Source: Candidatus Aminicenantales bacterium
Lineage (GTDB): Bacteria; Acidobacteriota; Aminicenantia; Aminicenantales; Saccharicenantaceae
Assembly: GCA_049512315.1 (NCBI GenBank)
Contig: JBEKXF010000011.1
Location: 30,180 to 94,179, forward strand
Direction: 5' to 3'
Length of the DNA: 64,000 bases
Shown: positions 1 through 9,465 of the stretch, piece by piece
Position numbering within the stretch: the first letter of the stretch is position 1
Layout: each line of letters opens with the position of its first letter
Position numbers and translations under genes: made by a program
Notes under the pieces: model-generated
The model's input: only the letters and a program-made list of their open reading frames with translations
Database searches by the model: none
What the model was told of the DNA's origin: nothing

Positions 1-19
1 CGGCAGGAAAAAGCGGTAC

Positions 20-328
20 GTGTCCGCCGCGGCGATCTGTGGGTTTATCATCTTGGGGGTTTTTTTCTCGTACAGCTGGCTCCTCTGGGGGCTCCTCGGC
101 CTCCTCTTTGTCCTGGTCGTCCGGCTGAAACGGCCCGGTCGCCTCTACCGTCTGGCGATCCGGCTGCGGCACCCGCAGGCCTTCGACGAAGACCTCCCCT
201 TGGGAAGGGGAAGGACGCTCGTGGGCGTTCTCGTCATCGTGGTCTTTATCCTCTCGTTCATCCCGGACCCGATCAAGGGCACCAGCTTGCTGGGGCTTTT
301 AAAGCAGGCCGGCCTGGGTGTAAGATAG
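20..328 (+). CDS. hypothetical small membrane protein (two predicted TM helices); GTG start, frame may continue upstream of window
   Basis: ORF with two long hydrophobic helices (IILGVFFSYSWLLWGLLGLLFVLVV; LVGVLVIVVFILSFI); no recognisable family; ends before an AT-rich non-coding island. Confidence 0.35.
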   Translation: MSAAAICGFIILGVFFSYSWLLWGLLGLLFVLVVRLKRPGRLYRLAIRLRHPQAFDEDLPLGRGRTLVGVLVIVVFILSFIPDPIKGTSLLGLLKQAGLGVR

Positions 329-553
329 GTTCCGTAGTGCTTGAGAGCGGCCGGAAATATTCACATAATTTGTGGAAAAGCTGTGGAAAAGAGGCCCTTT
401 TCCAAATCCAATTCCCGGCCTGTCTTGAAGATACGTCGGATTGCACAAGAATTCGTCACCGGCTGTAAATCATGCCTTTTCAACAAGTTAATAACTCATT
501 GAAAAAGAACGGGTTGCGCGGCGCCGGTCGCCGGGGACCGAAGGACGGGGGCC
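329..553. promoter_or_regulatory. AT-rich non-coding island with tandem direct repeat tgtggaaaag x2 (371-380, 383-392) and small hairpin GGAAAAG/CTTTTCC (385-403); likely promoter/regulatory region for the 554 gene
   Basis: GC content drops sharply relative to ~65% flanks; repeat and palindrome read directly; gene at 554 has GTG start with AAGGA RBS at 541-545. Confidence 0.35.
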
Positions 554-1339
554 GTGGCTAGTCAATTCCGGGAAGTCGAGGCCGCGCTCGGCACTCTGAA
601 GGAAAAGTTCAGCCAGGGCAAGATCTCCCAGAGGGAGTTCATCGACTCTCTCAAAGCCCTCAGGATCAGGGACGACGAGGGCCGCTTCTGGATGATCGGC
701 GCCCAGAGCGGCAAATGGTATTATTTTGAAGGAGACGACTGGGTCCAGGCCAAGCCGCCTTCCTTCGGCGACCGGAAGGCCGTCTGCATCTACTGCGGAT
801 ATGAGAACGAGCTCGAGGCCGAAACCTGCGTCCGCTGCGGCGGCCAAAAAAGCGCGGCCGGGGAGGGCCGGGTCTGCCCCCAGTGCGGCACGAAGCTCGA
901 AGGCCCCGGCTCGCCCTGCCCCGTTTGCGAAACCGATATGGGAACGGCCGCGGCGGGAGCGGACGCCGCTCCGGACGAAAGCGGCCTGGAGCCGGCCGGG
1001 ACTCATCTGGTCATCAAGGCCGTCCGGCCGTCTTCATTCTTCTGGTTCTCTGGGGCCCTGGGCCTTTTCGCCGGGATCATCCTGGGCCTTCTCGTCGGTG
1101 TTACGAATTTCTTCCCCCGCATCGTCTCCGGGCTGCCCGGCTTTTTCGTCGACATTCAGGGAAAGCTCCTCGGCGGAATCGTCTTCACGGTCCTGGGCGG
1201 GCTGACCGGCTTCGCCCTCGCCGGCGCCGCGGGGTTCGTCGCGGCCAATCTTTCCAACTGGGTCCTTTCCCTGGTGGGAGGGGTCAGGATCGACGTTGCG
1301 AGGGCACCGGGTCGCAGGGAAGACAAAGACCGAAATTAA
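554..1339 (+). CDS. hypothetical zinc-ribbon membrane protein (N-terminal SHOCT-like helix, two CxxC..CxxC zinc ribbons, C-terminal TM region)
   Basis: Motifs CIYCGYENELEAETCVRCGG and CPQCGTKLEGPGSPCPVC; C-terminal Gly/hydrophobic TM segments; RBS upstream; stop overlaps convergent hypF stop (TTAA at 1336-1339). Confidence 0.55.
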   Translation: MASQFREVEAALGTLKEKFSQGKISQREFIDSLKALRIRDDEGRFWMIGAQSGKWYYFEGDDWVQAKPPSFGDRKAVCIYCGYENELEAETCVRCGGQKSAAGEGRVCPQCGTKLEGPGSPCPVCETDMGTAAAGADAAPDESGLEPAGTHLVIKAVRPSSFFWFSGALGLFAGIILGLLVGVTNFFPRIVSGLPGFFVDIQGKLLGGIVFTVLGGLTGFALAGAAGFVAANLSNWVLSLVGGVRIDVARAPGRREDKDRN

Positions 1340-3624
1340 CCCTTTGACTTCTTGAACCTAGCCAGCCCGTAAGCGATCTGGCCTAGTGAGAGCGATTCGT
1401 CGTTCGGCGAGTAGAGGGTTGGCCTGAGGACCCGGAACTCGCTCCGAACCAGACGTTCGACCGTCCTTTCCAGAAGCTTCCTGTTGAGGAAGACTCCGCC
1501 GGCCAGCACGACCGTATCGGTTCTATAGCGCTGCCTGGCGTGCCGGGCGACGGTGAGGATGAGGTTGGCCAGGGTGTCATGGACGGCCGACGAGATCCGT
1601 GAAACCGGGACTCCTTTTTGGAGGTTGCGGATGACGGCCCTGATGAGCGGCGCGAAGGAAATATCGAGCGGGCCGGCGGCCTCCTCCGGCCGGCGGATAT
1701 CCAGGGGATAGGCCTTCCCCGTCGCGCTCCCGGCCGCCGCTTCGAACCGCATGGCCGCCTCCGCCTCGTATTCCATCGCCTCCGGCGCCGTGCCGCAGAG
1801 GAATGAGACCGCGTCGAACAGCCGGCCGCAGCTCGAAGCGAGCGGGCTCCGGACCCGGCGGCCGATCATCTCGAGGACTGCGGCCTTTCTCGCCGCGCCG
1901 ATCTTCCGGAGTGAGGCCAGGCCGGGGATCTCGGAACCGAAGGCGTCGGAGAGATAGGACAGGGCCATCCGCCACGGCTCCCGGGCCGCCAGGTCGCCTC
2001 CCGGAAGGGGAACGGGCTTGAACCGGGCCAGCCGCTCGTAGCCCTCGTAGTCGGCCAGGAGGAACTCGCCGCCCCAGGCCGAGCCGTCGTCGCCGTAGCC
2101 GTAACCGTCGAGGGCCACGCCCAGAACTCTCCGCTCCGGCATCACGCCGTGCTCGAGCAGGGGGGCAAGGACATGGGCGAAATGGTGCTGGACCCGGTAG
2201 TGGGGGACGCCCATTTTCGCGGCGTAGCGGGTCGTCCGGAAATCCGGATGAAGGTCGGTGATGACAGCTTCGGGCGCGACCCCGAAAAGATGCCGGAGGT
2301 GGGCGACGGTCTCCTCGAAGTAGCCGAAATTCCTGTAGTCGCCGAGGTCCCCCAGGAACTGGCTCGTGACGACATATCCGTTCCTGTAGACGGAGACCGT
2401 GTCCTTGAGCTCGCCCCCCAGCGCGATGAGCGTGACGTCGCGCCTCAGGCCGTCGGGAACGGGCTGAGGATAGGGGACGTATCCGCGCGCCCTGCGGACG
2501 AAGACGGGCTCGCCCGCGACGACCTTGACGACGGAATCGTCGGCCCGCATCGCGATCGGGCGGTTATGGGTCAGGACGACGTCGCAGAGGCGCCGGATCC
2601 CCTCCTCCTCGTCCTTCATGATAGGCGCGTCCTTGCTGTTCGAGCTCGTGGCGACGATGAGGCCCAGGCGCTCGAGCAGGAGATGATGGAGGGGCGTGTA
2701 CGGCAGCATGAAGCCGACCTCGTCGAGGCCCGGCGCGATGAGCGGGAGGTCCCGCTTCTTTTTGAGGAGGACGATGGGCCGTCGCGACGATCGAAGGAGG
2801 CGGCGCTCGGCGGGGCCGACGAAGGCGTATGTTTCGACGGCGGCGAGGTCCCTCGCCATCAGGGCCAGGGGCTTTGTCTTGCGGTCCTTGACCCTGCGCA
2901 GCCGGAGAACGGCCTTCCGGTTGAACGGGTCGCAGACGAGATGAAAGCCGCCCAGGCCTTTCACGGCCAGGATCTTTCCCTTCCGGATGAGGTCGGCCGC
3001 CTCGTCGATCCCGCCCGGGAGCTTTTGCCCCTTCGCCGCGTCGCGGAGAGTCAGCCGCGGTCCGCAGACGGGGCAGGCGATGGGCTGGGCATGGTGCCTC
3101 CGGTCGAGAGGGTCGCTGTATTCCCTGAGGCAGTCCGGGCACATGGGAAATCCGGCCATGGTCGTCCGGGCCCGGTCGTAGGGGAGGCCTTGGACGATCG
3201 TGTAGCGCGGGCCGCAATTCGTGCAGTTGGTGAAGGGATAATGGAACCGCCGCTCGCCGGGGGTCCGGATTTCCTTCAGGCACTCTGGGCAGGTGGCGAT
3301 GTCCGGGGAGATGAAGACGAAGCTCGTGCCGGCCGTCGTTCCGCGGATCGTGAAGCCGCGGCAGGCCCTCGGTCGGGCCGGGCCGGCCTCCATCTTCTCG
3401 ATCCGAGCCAGGGGAGGGGGGCTTTTCTTGAGGCCGGCCAGGAACCGTTCCCGGGCAGCCGCCGAGCCTCCCTCAACATGGATCTCGACGCCGCCGCCGA
3501 TGTTCTTGACCCAGCCCCTGAGGCCCAGGCGCCGGGCGAGCTTGAAGACGAACGGCCTGAACCCGACCCCCTGGACAACGCCGAAGACGACGACCCGCGT
3601 CGCGCCGCTCTTTGGGGCTCTCAT
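1336..3624 (-). CDS. hypF: [NiFe]-hydrogenase maturation carbamoyltransferase HypF
   Basis: 762 aa with N-terminal acylphosphatase-like domain (VVFGVVQGVGFRPFV), two zinc-finger pairs (CPECL..CTNCGPRYT; CPDCL..CPVCGPRL), YrdC-like and Kae1/YgjD-like C-terminal domain; full-length architecture. Confidence 0.9.
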   Translation of the reverse strand: MRAPKSGATRVVVFGVVQGVGFRPFVFKLARRLGLRGWVKNIGGGVEIHVEGGSAAARERFLAGLKKSPPPLARIEKMEAGPARPRACRGFTIRGTTAGTSFVFISPDIATCPECLKEIRTPGERRFHYPFTNCTNCGPRYTIVQGLPYDRARTTMAGFPMCPDCLREYSDPLDRRHHAQPIACPVCGPRLTLRDAAKGQKLPGGIDEAADLIRKGKILAVKGLGGFHLVCDPFNRKAVLRLRRVKDRKTKPLALMARDLAAVETYAFVGPAERRLLRSSRRPIVLLKKKRDLPLIAPGLDEVGFMLPYTPLHHLLLERLGLIVATSSNSKDAPIMKDEEEGIRRLCDVVLTHNRPIAMRADDSVVKVVAGEPVFVRRARGYVPYPQPVPDGLRRDVTLIALGGELKDTVSVYRNGYVVTSQFLGDLGDYRNFGYFEETVAHLRHLFGVAPEAVITDLHPDFRTTRYAAKMGVPHYRVQHHFAHVLAPLLEHGVMPERRVLGVALDGYGYGDDGSAWGGEFLLADYEGYERLARFKPVPLPGGDLAAREPWRMALSYLSDAFGSEIPGLASLRKIGAARKAAVLEMIGRRVRSPLASSCGRLFDAVSFLCGTAPEAMEYEAEAAMRFEAAAGSATGKAYPLDIRRPEEAAGPLDISFAPLIRAVIRNLQKGVPVSRISSAVHDTLANLILTVARHARQRYRTDTVVLAGGVFLNRKLLERTVERLVRSEFRVLRPTLYSPNDESLSLGQIAYGLARFKKSKG

Positions 3625-3637
3625 CGGGCCGGCCGGC

Positions 3638-4201
3638 TCAGAGGCCCCTTTCCTGCCGGGCGTCCCGGCTGTAGAGACAGCCGCAGTAGCTCTGCCGGTA
3701 AAGCCCGTGACCCCGGCTGAGGTCGACGCTTTTCTTGAAACCGTCCTTTTTCTTGAAATCGGCCTCGAGGAACCGGACGCCGTATCTTTTGCCGAACTGG
3801 CGGCCGATCCGATTGATGACCGCCGCCTTTTTCCAGGGGCTGAGGCTCATGACGGTCGCGAAGACATCGAAGCCCTCCCGGGCCGCCGTCTCGGCCGTCC
3901 TCCGGAGCCTCAGGGCGTAGCAGACGTCGCACCGCCGCCCCTTCTCGGGCTCGGCCTTGAATCTTTCGGTCAGGGCCAGCCACCGGGCGGGGTCGTATCC
4001 GTCCCAGAGGATGGGGACAGCGAGAAGCTCTGCCACTTTCCGCGCTTCATCGAGTCTGAGCGCGTATTCCTCGGCGGGGTGGATGTTGGAGTTCGTGAAA
4101 AAGCCCGTCACCTCGTATTCGTCCTGGAGCAGCCGGAGGACGTACAGCGCGTCCGGGGCGCAGCAGACGTGGACGAGGATCCTGGGTTTCGCCATGCGCA
4201 T
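3638..4201 (-). CDS. queH: epoxyqueuosine reductase QueH (DUF208)
   Basis: 187 aa; motifs HVCCAPD near N-terminus, CDVCYALR and YCGCLYS cysteine clusters characteristic of DUF208/QueH as I recall the family. Confidence 0.65.
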   Translation of the reverse strand: MRMAKPRILVHVCCAPDALYVLRLLQDEYEVTGFFTNSNIHPAEEYALRLDEARKVAELLAVPILWDGYDPARWLALTERFKAEPEKGRRCDVCYALRLRRTAETAAREGFDVFATVMSLSPWKKAAVINRIGRQFGKRYGVRFLEADFKKKDGFKKSVDLSRGHGLYRQSYCGCLYSRDARQERGL

Positions 4202-4243
4202 ATTGTATTCGGCCGGGCCGAATTAATAAAGGGCGGGACGGCC

Positions 4244-5308
4244 CTAGCTCAAGTGTTCGATCCGGTCTTCAAGCTCGCGGATCGCCTTGTTCACGGCGTC
4301 GATCTGGAAGTAGACGACCGTGAGGTCGTTCGCATCGATCCGGGCTTCGTCCAGGACTTCTCCCATGCCCGTGAAAATGGGCTCCATCAGGCGCTGGATC
4401 TCGACGATCCTGTCCTGGGCCCGTTCCTTTCTCGTCAGCCATTCCTGGAGTTCCCGCTCGTGGCTCCGGGCGGCGAGCTTCTGCTCGGCCTCGATCTCCC
4501 GGATCCTCCCGTTGAAGACGTCGATCCGGGCCTCGGAGTCGGCCTGCCGCCTCTCGAGGTCCTGCCGTTCCTCGTGAAGAAGAGGCATCTTTTCCTGGAG
4601 GGCCTTGACGCGGTCGGAGAGAACGCCGGTCTTCTCCTGGATCTTGTTGAGCCTCCCCGCCTTGTCGATCTCGGGCATCTTGGGGTTGTCTTCGACCGTC
4701 CGGGCCTCCCGGTCCAGGGCCTTGATCTGGGATTCGGCCGAATCGATCTCCCAGGCGGCCCCGCCGATGGCGTCCAGGATTTCCGACTTCCGGGCCGCCC
4801 GGGCCCTTCTCTCGTCCTCGAAGGGCTTCCGGCCGTCCTCCTGCTCCTTGATGAGGGCCCGGAAACGCCCGGTCGTCTCCTCGAACTCCCGGCCCAGGGC
4901 CTCGATCCTTGAATAGACCTCATGCCACGTCATCTGGTGGACGTGCATCTCGTCCTCGAGCTCGGCCAGCCTCCCGCAATCGTCGGCGATGCAGGCCGCC
5001 GTCACGTCCTCGCTCCAGGCCTTTTTCCCGAGCTCCGTCCAGAGGGCGGCCTTCTTTTCCGTCTCTTTCTTGAGCTTGGCCTGGAGCCGGAGCCGGAGCA
5101 TCCGGCGCCGGGCCCCGGACAGGAACGCGCTCATTTTCCTGCGGAGGGCCTTGTCCCGGAGGAAGATGAAGGCGAGGAGGAGGAGGATGACGCAGAGGAG
5201 GAACCAGAAGAGCCAGTACGGCAACCCCTCGGCGAGGTCGGGCGCGGCCTGGAGTCCGGCCGCTCCGGCGAAGAGTCCGCTCATCCGAGACACTGGGCGC
5301 ACGAGCAT
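4244..5308 (-). CDS. membrane-anchored coiled-coil protein, hypothetical (start may be the internal Met at 5284)
   Basis: N-terminal TM helix (YWLFWFLLCVILLLLAFIFL) followed by ~270 aa of heptad-like, E/R/K-rich sequence; no enzymatic motifs. Confidence 0.55.
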   Translation of the reverse strand: MLVRPVSRMSGLFAGAAGLQAAPDLAEGLPYWLFWFLLCVILLLLAFIFLRDKALRRKMSAFLSGARRRMLRLRLQAKLKKETEKKAALWTELGKKAWSEDVTAACIADDCGRLAELEDEMHVHQMTWHEVYSRIEALGREFEETTGRFRALIKEQEDGRKPFEDERRARAARKSEILDAIGGAAWEIDSAESQIKALDREARTVEDNPKMPEIDKAGRLNKIQEKTGVLSDRVKALQEKMPLLHEERQDLERRQADSEARIDVFNGRIREIEAEQKLAARSHERELQEWLTRKERAQDRIVEIQRLMEPIFTGMGEVLDEARIDANDLTVVYFQIDAVNKAIRELEDRIEHLS

Positions 5309-5534
5309 AGTTCTATTTCATCCTGGGGGCATTGTCAATTTTCCCGATGAGCTTGAGCTTGTCGGGGGCCCTGAGGCGGCCGTCCCGGCGCCGGCACGTA
5401 GTTCTGGACGGCGTAACCCGCGAGATAGAGCATCGCCGGCAGATTCTCGGTGATGTCGTCCGATATGGTGATCAGGCCTGTCGGATAGGTGGATTCCTCA
5501 AGGACACACCGGGCCAGGACCCATCGGTCTGCGG

Positions 5535-6638
5535 TCACCACTCGATGAGCATGGACGCCCAGGTCAAGCCGCCGCCGAAGCCGATGAGCATGACCAGGTC
5601 CCCCCTTCTGATCCGTCCTTCCTCGAGGGCTTCTCGCAGGGCGAGGAGGACCGAGGTCGATGAGCAATTGCCCCGGCGATCCACGTTGACGTAGAACTTC
5701 TCCAGGGGGATGCCCAGTTTTTTCGCCGGGAATTCGAAGATCCGGGAATTGGCCTGGTGGCAGAAGAAGAGTCCGATGTCTTCGAGCCGGAACGTCCTGG
5801 ACCTCCGGAGGTCCCGGTTGGCCGCCTCGAGGGCCCTCGTGATCAGCTCGGGGATGATTTTCAGGACGAACTTCTGGACGTCGTGGCCCCTGAAGTAGAA
5901 GTTCGGGGGCAGGCCCATCTGGTCCTTGCGGGTCCCCTGCCCGACGCTGAAGGTCGTGTCCGCGGCCCACGCGTCCGTTCCCGTCACGCTGCACAAGATG
6001 CCCTTCTCCGCGTCCGTCCTCTTGAGGACGGCGGCGGCCGCTCCGTCCCCCCACAAATCGGAGTTGGTGTCTTTGAAGTCCAAGAGGCGGCTGGGGACAT
6101 CGGCCCCGATGGCCAATCCGTATTCGTAGCGGGTTTCGGGGAAGAGCAGCGTTTTGCGGACGATGTCGATGGCATAAAGTCCGCCGGTGCAGGCGGCCAG
6201 GACGTCGAAAGCCTGGATCCGGAGCTTCCCCTTGGCTTCGGCGGCCGTCCATTCGCCGGACGCCGTCTTTTTTCGAATGACCTTGTCCAGGAGCAGACAG
6301 GCGGTCGAGGGAAAAAAGGCCTCGGGCGTCGAGCTGCCGATGACCACGATGCCGATGTCCTCCCAGCCGATCCCGGCTTCCCGGAGGGCTTGTTCGGCCG
6401 CGACCAGGGCCAGGTCCGAGGTGTTGACCTCGTCCGCCGCCCAGCGGCGCTCCTTGATTCCGACCAGGTCCGTGATCCTCTGGGGGGTCAATTCCTCGGG
6501 CGTCCAGAGCCTGTCCGTGCCGGGCTTGATCGCCCCGTGGGCCAGGAGGATCTTGACGATATCCTCGTTCGTCACGATCCTGCCCGGGACATCCGTCCCC
6601 GGCAGGCATTTGCCCAGACCAGCTATCTTCACCTGCAT
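5535..6638 (-). CDS. 3-oxoacyl-ACP synthase III family protein (FabH-like KAS III)
   Basis: Catalytic triad context: AACTGGLYAIDIV (Cys), FFCHQANSRI (His), GNCSSTS (Asn); thiolase fold length 367 aa. Confidence 0.8.
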   Translation of the reverse strand: MQVKIAGLGKCLPGTDVPGRIVTNEDIVKILLAHGAIKPGTDRLWTPEELTPQRITDLVGIKERRWAADEVNTSDLALVAAEQALREAGIGWEDIGIVVIGSSTPEAFFPSTACLLLDKVIRKKTASGEWTAAEAKGKLRIQAFDVLAACTGGLYAIDIVRKTLLFPETRYEYGLAIGADVPSRLLDFKDTNSDLWGDGAAAAVLKRTDAEKGILCSVTGTDAWAADTTFSVGQGTRKDQMGLPPNFYFRGHDVQKFVLKIIPELITRALEAANRDLRRSRTFRLEDIGLFFCHQANSRIFEFPAKKLGIPLEKFYVNVDRRGNCSSTSVLLALREALEEGRIRRGDLVMLIGFGGGLTWASMLIEW

Positions 6639-6783
6639 CGCGTCAACATCTCCTTCTCATCCAAGCGCGCCAACTCGAAAGACAATTCGTGGCTATTTAT
6701 TATTAGAGGATCATGGCAGGATGTCAAATTTTCCGGGAGCCGGGGTATTCCGACCAGGACCTCGCGGACCTGGAGGCCCCAGA

Positions 6784-7278
6784 CTAATCCGAATAATCCT
6801 TGAAGAGCCGGACCAGAGTCTCCTTGCCCATCGAGCCGGATGTCCGGTAGCGGATCCGGCCCTTCCTGTCGATGATGATGGTCGCCGGGATGTATTGCCC
6901 CGGCTGGTAATCCATGATGATCTGCCCGGTGGCCATGGCGACGGGATAGATCATCCCGGCCTTCTCGGCCCACTCGCGGAGCCTGTCGAGGGAGATGCGG
7001 TCGACGGAGAGGCCCAGGATCTCGAGGCCCTGGGCATTCAAGCTCTTGTAGGCTTCGATGAAATCGGGGATCTCCTCCCGGCAGGGGGGGCACCACGTAG
7101 CCCAGAAATTCAGGACCAGGACCTTTCCCTTATAGGACGCCAGGGTGAGCGTGTTTCCCTTGAGGTCCTTGACCGAAAAATCAGGGGCCGGCGCGTTATC
7201 TTCCTGCGCCTTGGCACAGGCGGCCGCCCCGGCCGCGATGAGCGCTCCCGCCGCGAGAACGATCAAGAACCTTTTCAT
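6784..7278 (-). CDS. periplasmic thiol:disulfide oxidoreductase, TlpA/ResA-like thioredoxin-fold protein
   Basis: Signal peptide MKRFLIVLAAGALIAAGAAAC then WATWCPPC redox motif; start moved from track ORF (7407) to internal ATG 7278 preceded by GAGGAG RBS. Confidence 0.8.
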   Translation of the reverse strand: MKRFLIVLAAGALIAAGAAACAKAQEDNAPAPDFSVKDLKGNTLTLASYKGKVLVLNFWATWCPPCREEIPDFIEAYKSLNAQGLEILGLSVDRISLDRLREWAEKAGMIYPVAMATGQIIMDYQPGQYIPATIIIDRKGRIRYRTSGSMGKETLVRLFKDYSD

Positions 7279-7417
7279 CTTCTTCTCCTCGGTCTCCGCG
7301 CCTTCGCGGAAGGGCCCGGGACCGGACGACCCACCGTCCGAAATATGACTAATCCGATATGAATTATAAGCTAAGGAGCGGACGGCCGCAAGGCCGCGGC
7401 CGGACAAGGGCAGTGGC

Positions 7418-8314
7418 TCAGGCCCCGCAGCCCTTGAGGAGGCGCTCCCAGCGGGCGTCGACCTCGGCCTGAAGCTCCGCGATCTGGGCTTCGTTCAAAT
7501 GACGGAATCTCCCCTGGAGCCGGAGGTAGTCGTTGATCGGCTTTTTCTCCTTGAGTTTCAAATTCAAGGTCGTCCTCAGGCCGTCCTCGATCTCGAAGAG
7601 CGGGAAATAGGCGTTCTGGACGGCCATCCGGGCCAGCTTCACGGTGTCGTCGGGCCGGCTCTTCCAGCCCGTCGGGCACGGCGCGTAAACGTGGAAGAAG
7701 CGCGTCCCCTTGATCCCCTTGGCCTTCGTCATTTTCTTGAAGAAATCTTCCGGGTGCGAAATGCTGGCGGTCGCGATGTAGGGGATACGGTGGGCCGCGA
7801 GGATCGCCACGATATCCTTTTTCGGCCGGGTCTTGAAATGCTTGACCGGGGTCGTCGTCGTCCAGGCGCCGTAGGGCGTCGCGGAGCTCCGCTGGATGCC
7901 GGTGTTCATGTAGGCTTCGTTGTCGTAGCAGACGTAGATGATATCCTCGTTCCTCTCGGCCGCCCCGGACAGGGCCTGGAGGCCGATGTCGAACGTCCCG
8001 CCGTCGCCGGCCCAGGCGACCACCGTCGTCTCCGTGTCCCCCGTCATTTCCAGCCCGGCCTTGACCCCCGTTGCCGTGGAGGCGGCGGTCTCGAAGGCGC
8101 AGTGGTAGATGGGGACGTCCATGGAGGAATAGGGATAGGGTCCGTCGATGACCGCCCAGCAGCAGGCGGGAATGCAGAGCACGGTCTTCTGGCCGAGCGC
8201 CTTGAGCATGTAGCGCATGGCGAGGGTCGCGCCGCAGCCCTGGCAGGCCAGGTGGCCGCAGGCCATCAGCTCATCCGCGGGAAGCGTCAGGGTCATCTTC
8301 TTTTCTTTTTTCAT
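7418..8314 (-). CDS. porB: pyruvate/2-oxoacid:ferredoxin oxidoreductase beta subunit (TPP-binding)
   Basis: 298 aa; TPP-binding GDGG..NE pattern (WAGDGGTFDIG ... CYDNEAYMNTG), conserved Cys cluster; last gene of G-D-A-B order; 4-nt overlap with porA. Confidence 0.85.
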   Translation of the reverse strand: MKKEKKMTLTLPADELMACGHLACQGCGATLAMRYMLKALGQKTVLCIPACCWAVIDGPYPYSSMDVPIYHCAFETAASTATGVKAGLEMTGDTETTVVAWAGDGGTFDIGLQALSGAAERNEDIIYVCYDNEAYMNTGIQRSSATPYGAWTTTTPVKHFKTRPKKDIVAILAAHRIPYIATASISHPEDFFKKMTKAKGIKGTRFFHVYAPCPTGWKSRPDDTVKLARMAVQNAYFPLFEIEDGLRTTLNLKLKEKKPINDYLRLQGRFRHLNEAQIAELQAEVDARWERLLKGCGA

Positions 8315-9465
8315 TTCTTGACTCCGATCCAGACGATCTCTTCGTCGGCTTTGTCCTTGGACAGAGCGTGGGCGGCGACTTCCTTGAACGTGTCCACGGT
8401 GATGTCTCGTCCGCCGAGCCCGGTGATGTAGCCGAAGAGCGGCGGCATCCCGGCCTCGCCGTAGAGCGCCGATTTCACTTCCTGGTAAAAGATGCCGTGG
8501 GCGCCGTAGGAGCAGTTCCGGTCGACGACGGCCGCCTTCCTGACCTTTTGGAGGACCTCCCGGACCTTGGCGAAGGGGAAGGGCCGGAAGACCTTGATGC
8601 GTAAATTCCCGGCCTTGACGCCGGACATGCGGAGGTCATCGACGGCGACGCGGGCTGTGAATCCGGCCGTCCCCGATGTGACGAAGACGAACTCGGCATC
8701 GTCGCACCGGTAGGGGTCGACGAGACCGAGGTAGCGGCCGAAGAGCTTCTCGTACTCCCGGCCCGTCTCTTCAATCAGGGCCGGGGCCTTTTCCATGTCC
8801 TTCTGGAGCTTGTAGCGGAGCTCGAAATAGTGTTCCGACCCGGTCAGCCCCCCGAAGGCGTGGGGGTCGCTCGGCGTCAGGCGGATGGCCGGCTTGAAGG
8901 GTGGAAGGTACTTGTCGACCTTCTCCTGTTCAGGGATCTCGACGACCTCGTAAGTATGGGAGAGGGCGAAGGCGTCGAGGACGACCATGGCCGGGATCAT
9001 CAACTTCTCGGAGACCTTGAAGGCCTGGATGACGGTGTCGAGGACCTCCTGGTTCGACGAGCAGTAGTACTGCATCCAGCCCGTGTCCCGCTGGGACAGG
9101 CTGTCGTTCTGGTCGGTCCAGATCGACCAGCCCGGGGCCATGGACCGGTTGACGTTGCCCATGACGATGGGGTGGCGGCCGCCCGAGGCCCAGTGAAGCA
9201 TTTCGTGCATGAGGGCCAGCCCCTGAGATGAGGTCGCCGTGAAGGTCCGGGCCCCGGCGACCGAGGCGCCGATGCACGAGGCCATGGCCGAGTGCTCGGA
9301 TTCGACCTTGATGAACTGGGCGGCGAGCGTCCCGTCGGCGCACATCTCGGAGAGGAGCTCGACGACCTGCGTCTGCGGCGTGATCGGGTAGGCGGCGATG
9401 ACCTGGGACCGGGAGAGCATGGCCCCGTATGACAGAGCGTGGTTGCCCATCATGACTTTCTTCAT
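8311..9465 (-). CDS. porA: pyruvate/2-oxoacid:ferredoxin oxidoreductase alpha subunit
   Basis: 385 aa from internal ATG (MKKVMMGNHALSYG...) whose ATG overlaps the porD stop (ATGA); typical PorA N-terminal sequence; track ORF N-extension rejected. Confidence 0.85.
   Translation of the reverse strand: MKKVMMGNHALSYGAMLSRSQVIAAYPITPQTQVVELLSEMCADGTLAAQFIKVESEHSAMASCIGASVAGARTFTATSSQGLALMHEMLHWASGGRHPIVMGNVNRSMAPGWSIWTDQNDSLSQRDTGWMQYYCSSNQEVLDTVIQAFKVSEKLMIPAMVVLDAFALSHTYEVVEIPEQEKVDKYLPPFKPAIRLTPSDPHAFGGLTGSEHYFELRYKLQKDMEKAPALIEETGREYEKLFGRYLGLVDPYRCDDAEFVFVTSGTAGFTARVAVDDLRMSGVKAGNLRIKVFRPFPFAKVREVLQKVRKAAVVDRNCSYGAHGIFYQEVKSALYGEAGMPPLFGYITGLGGRDITVDTFKEVAAHALSKDKADEEIVWIGVKK

Noticed and set aside
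2149-3720. Long antisense or alternate-frame ORFs throughout the track (e.g. 2149-3720+, 3293-4912+, 5335-6609-, 5757-6803+, 6187-7362+, 7499-8431+, 11607-13022-, 13587-14693+, 16107-16793-, 17357-18190-, 18619-19797-, 20389-21711+, 23368-25203+, 25818-27164-, 30773-32128+, 36157-37557-, 37948-39045+, 39316-40413+, 40607-41809+, 47345-50074+, 50555-51706+, 52975-54573-, 54458-55864-, 55686-57653-, 60528-61598-, 61607-62662-)
   Set aside because: Arg/Pro/Gly/Ala-dominated low-complexity translations with no motifs. Each overlaps a well-supported gene on the opposite strand or in another frame. These are typical shadow ORFs of ~65% GC DNA.
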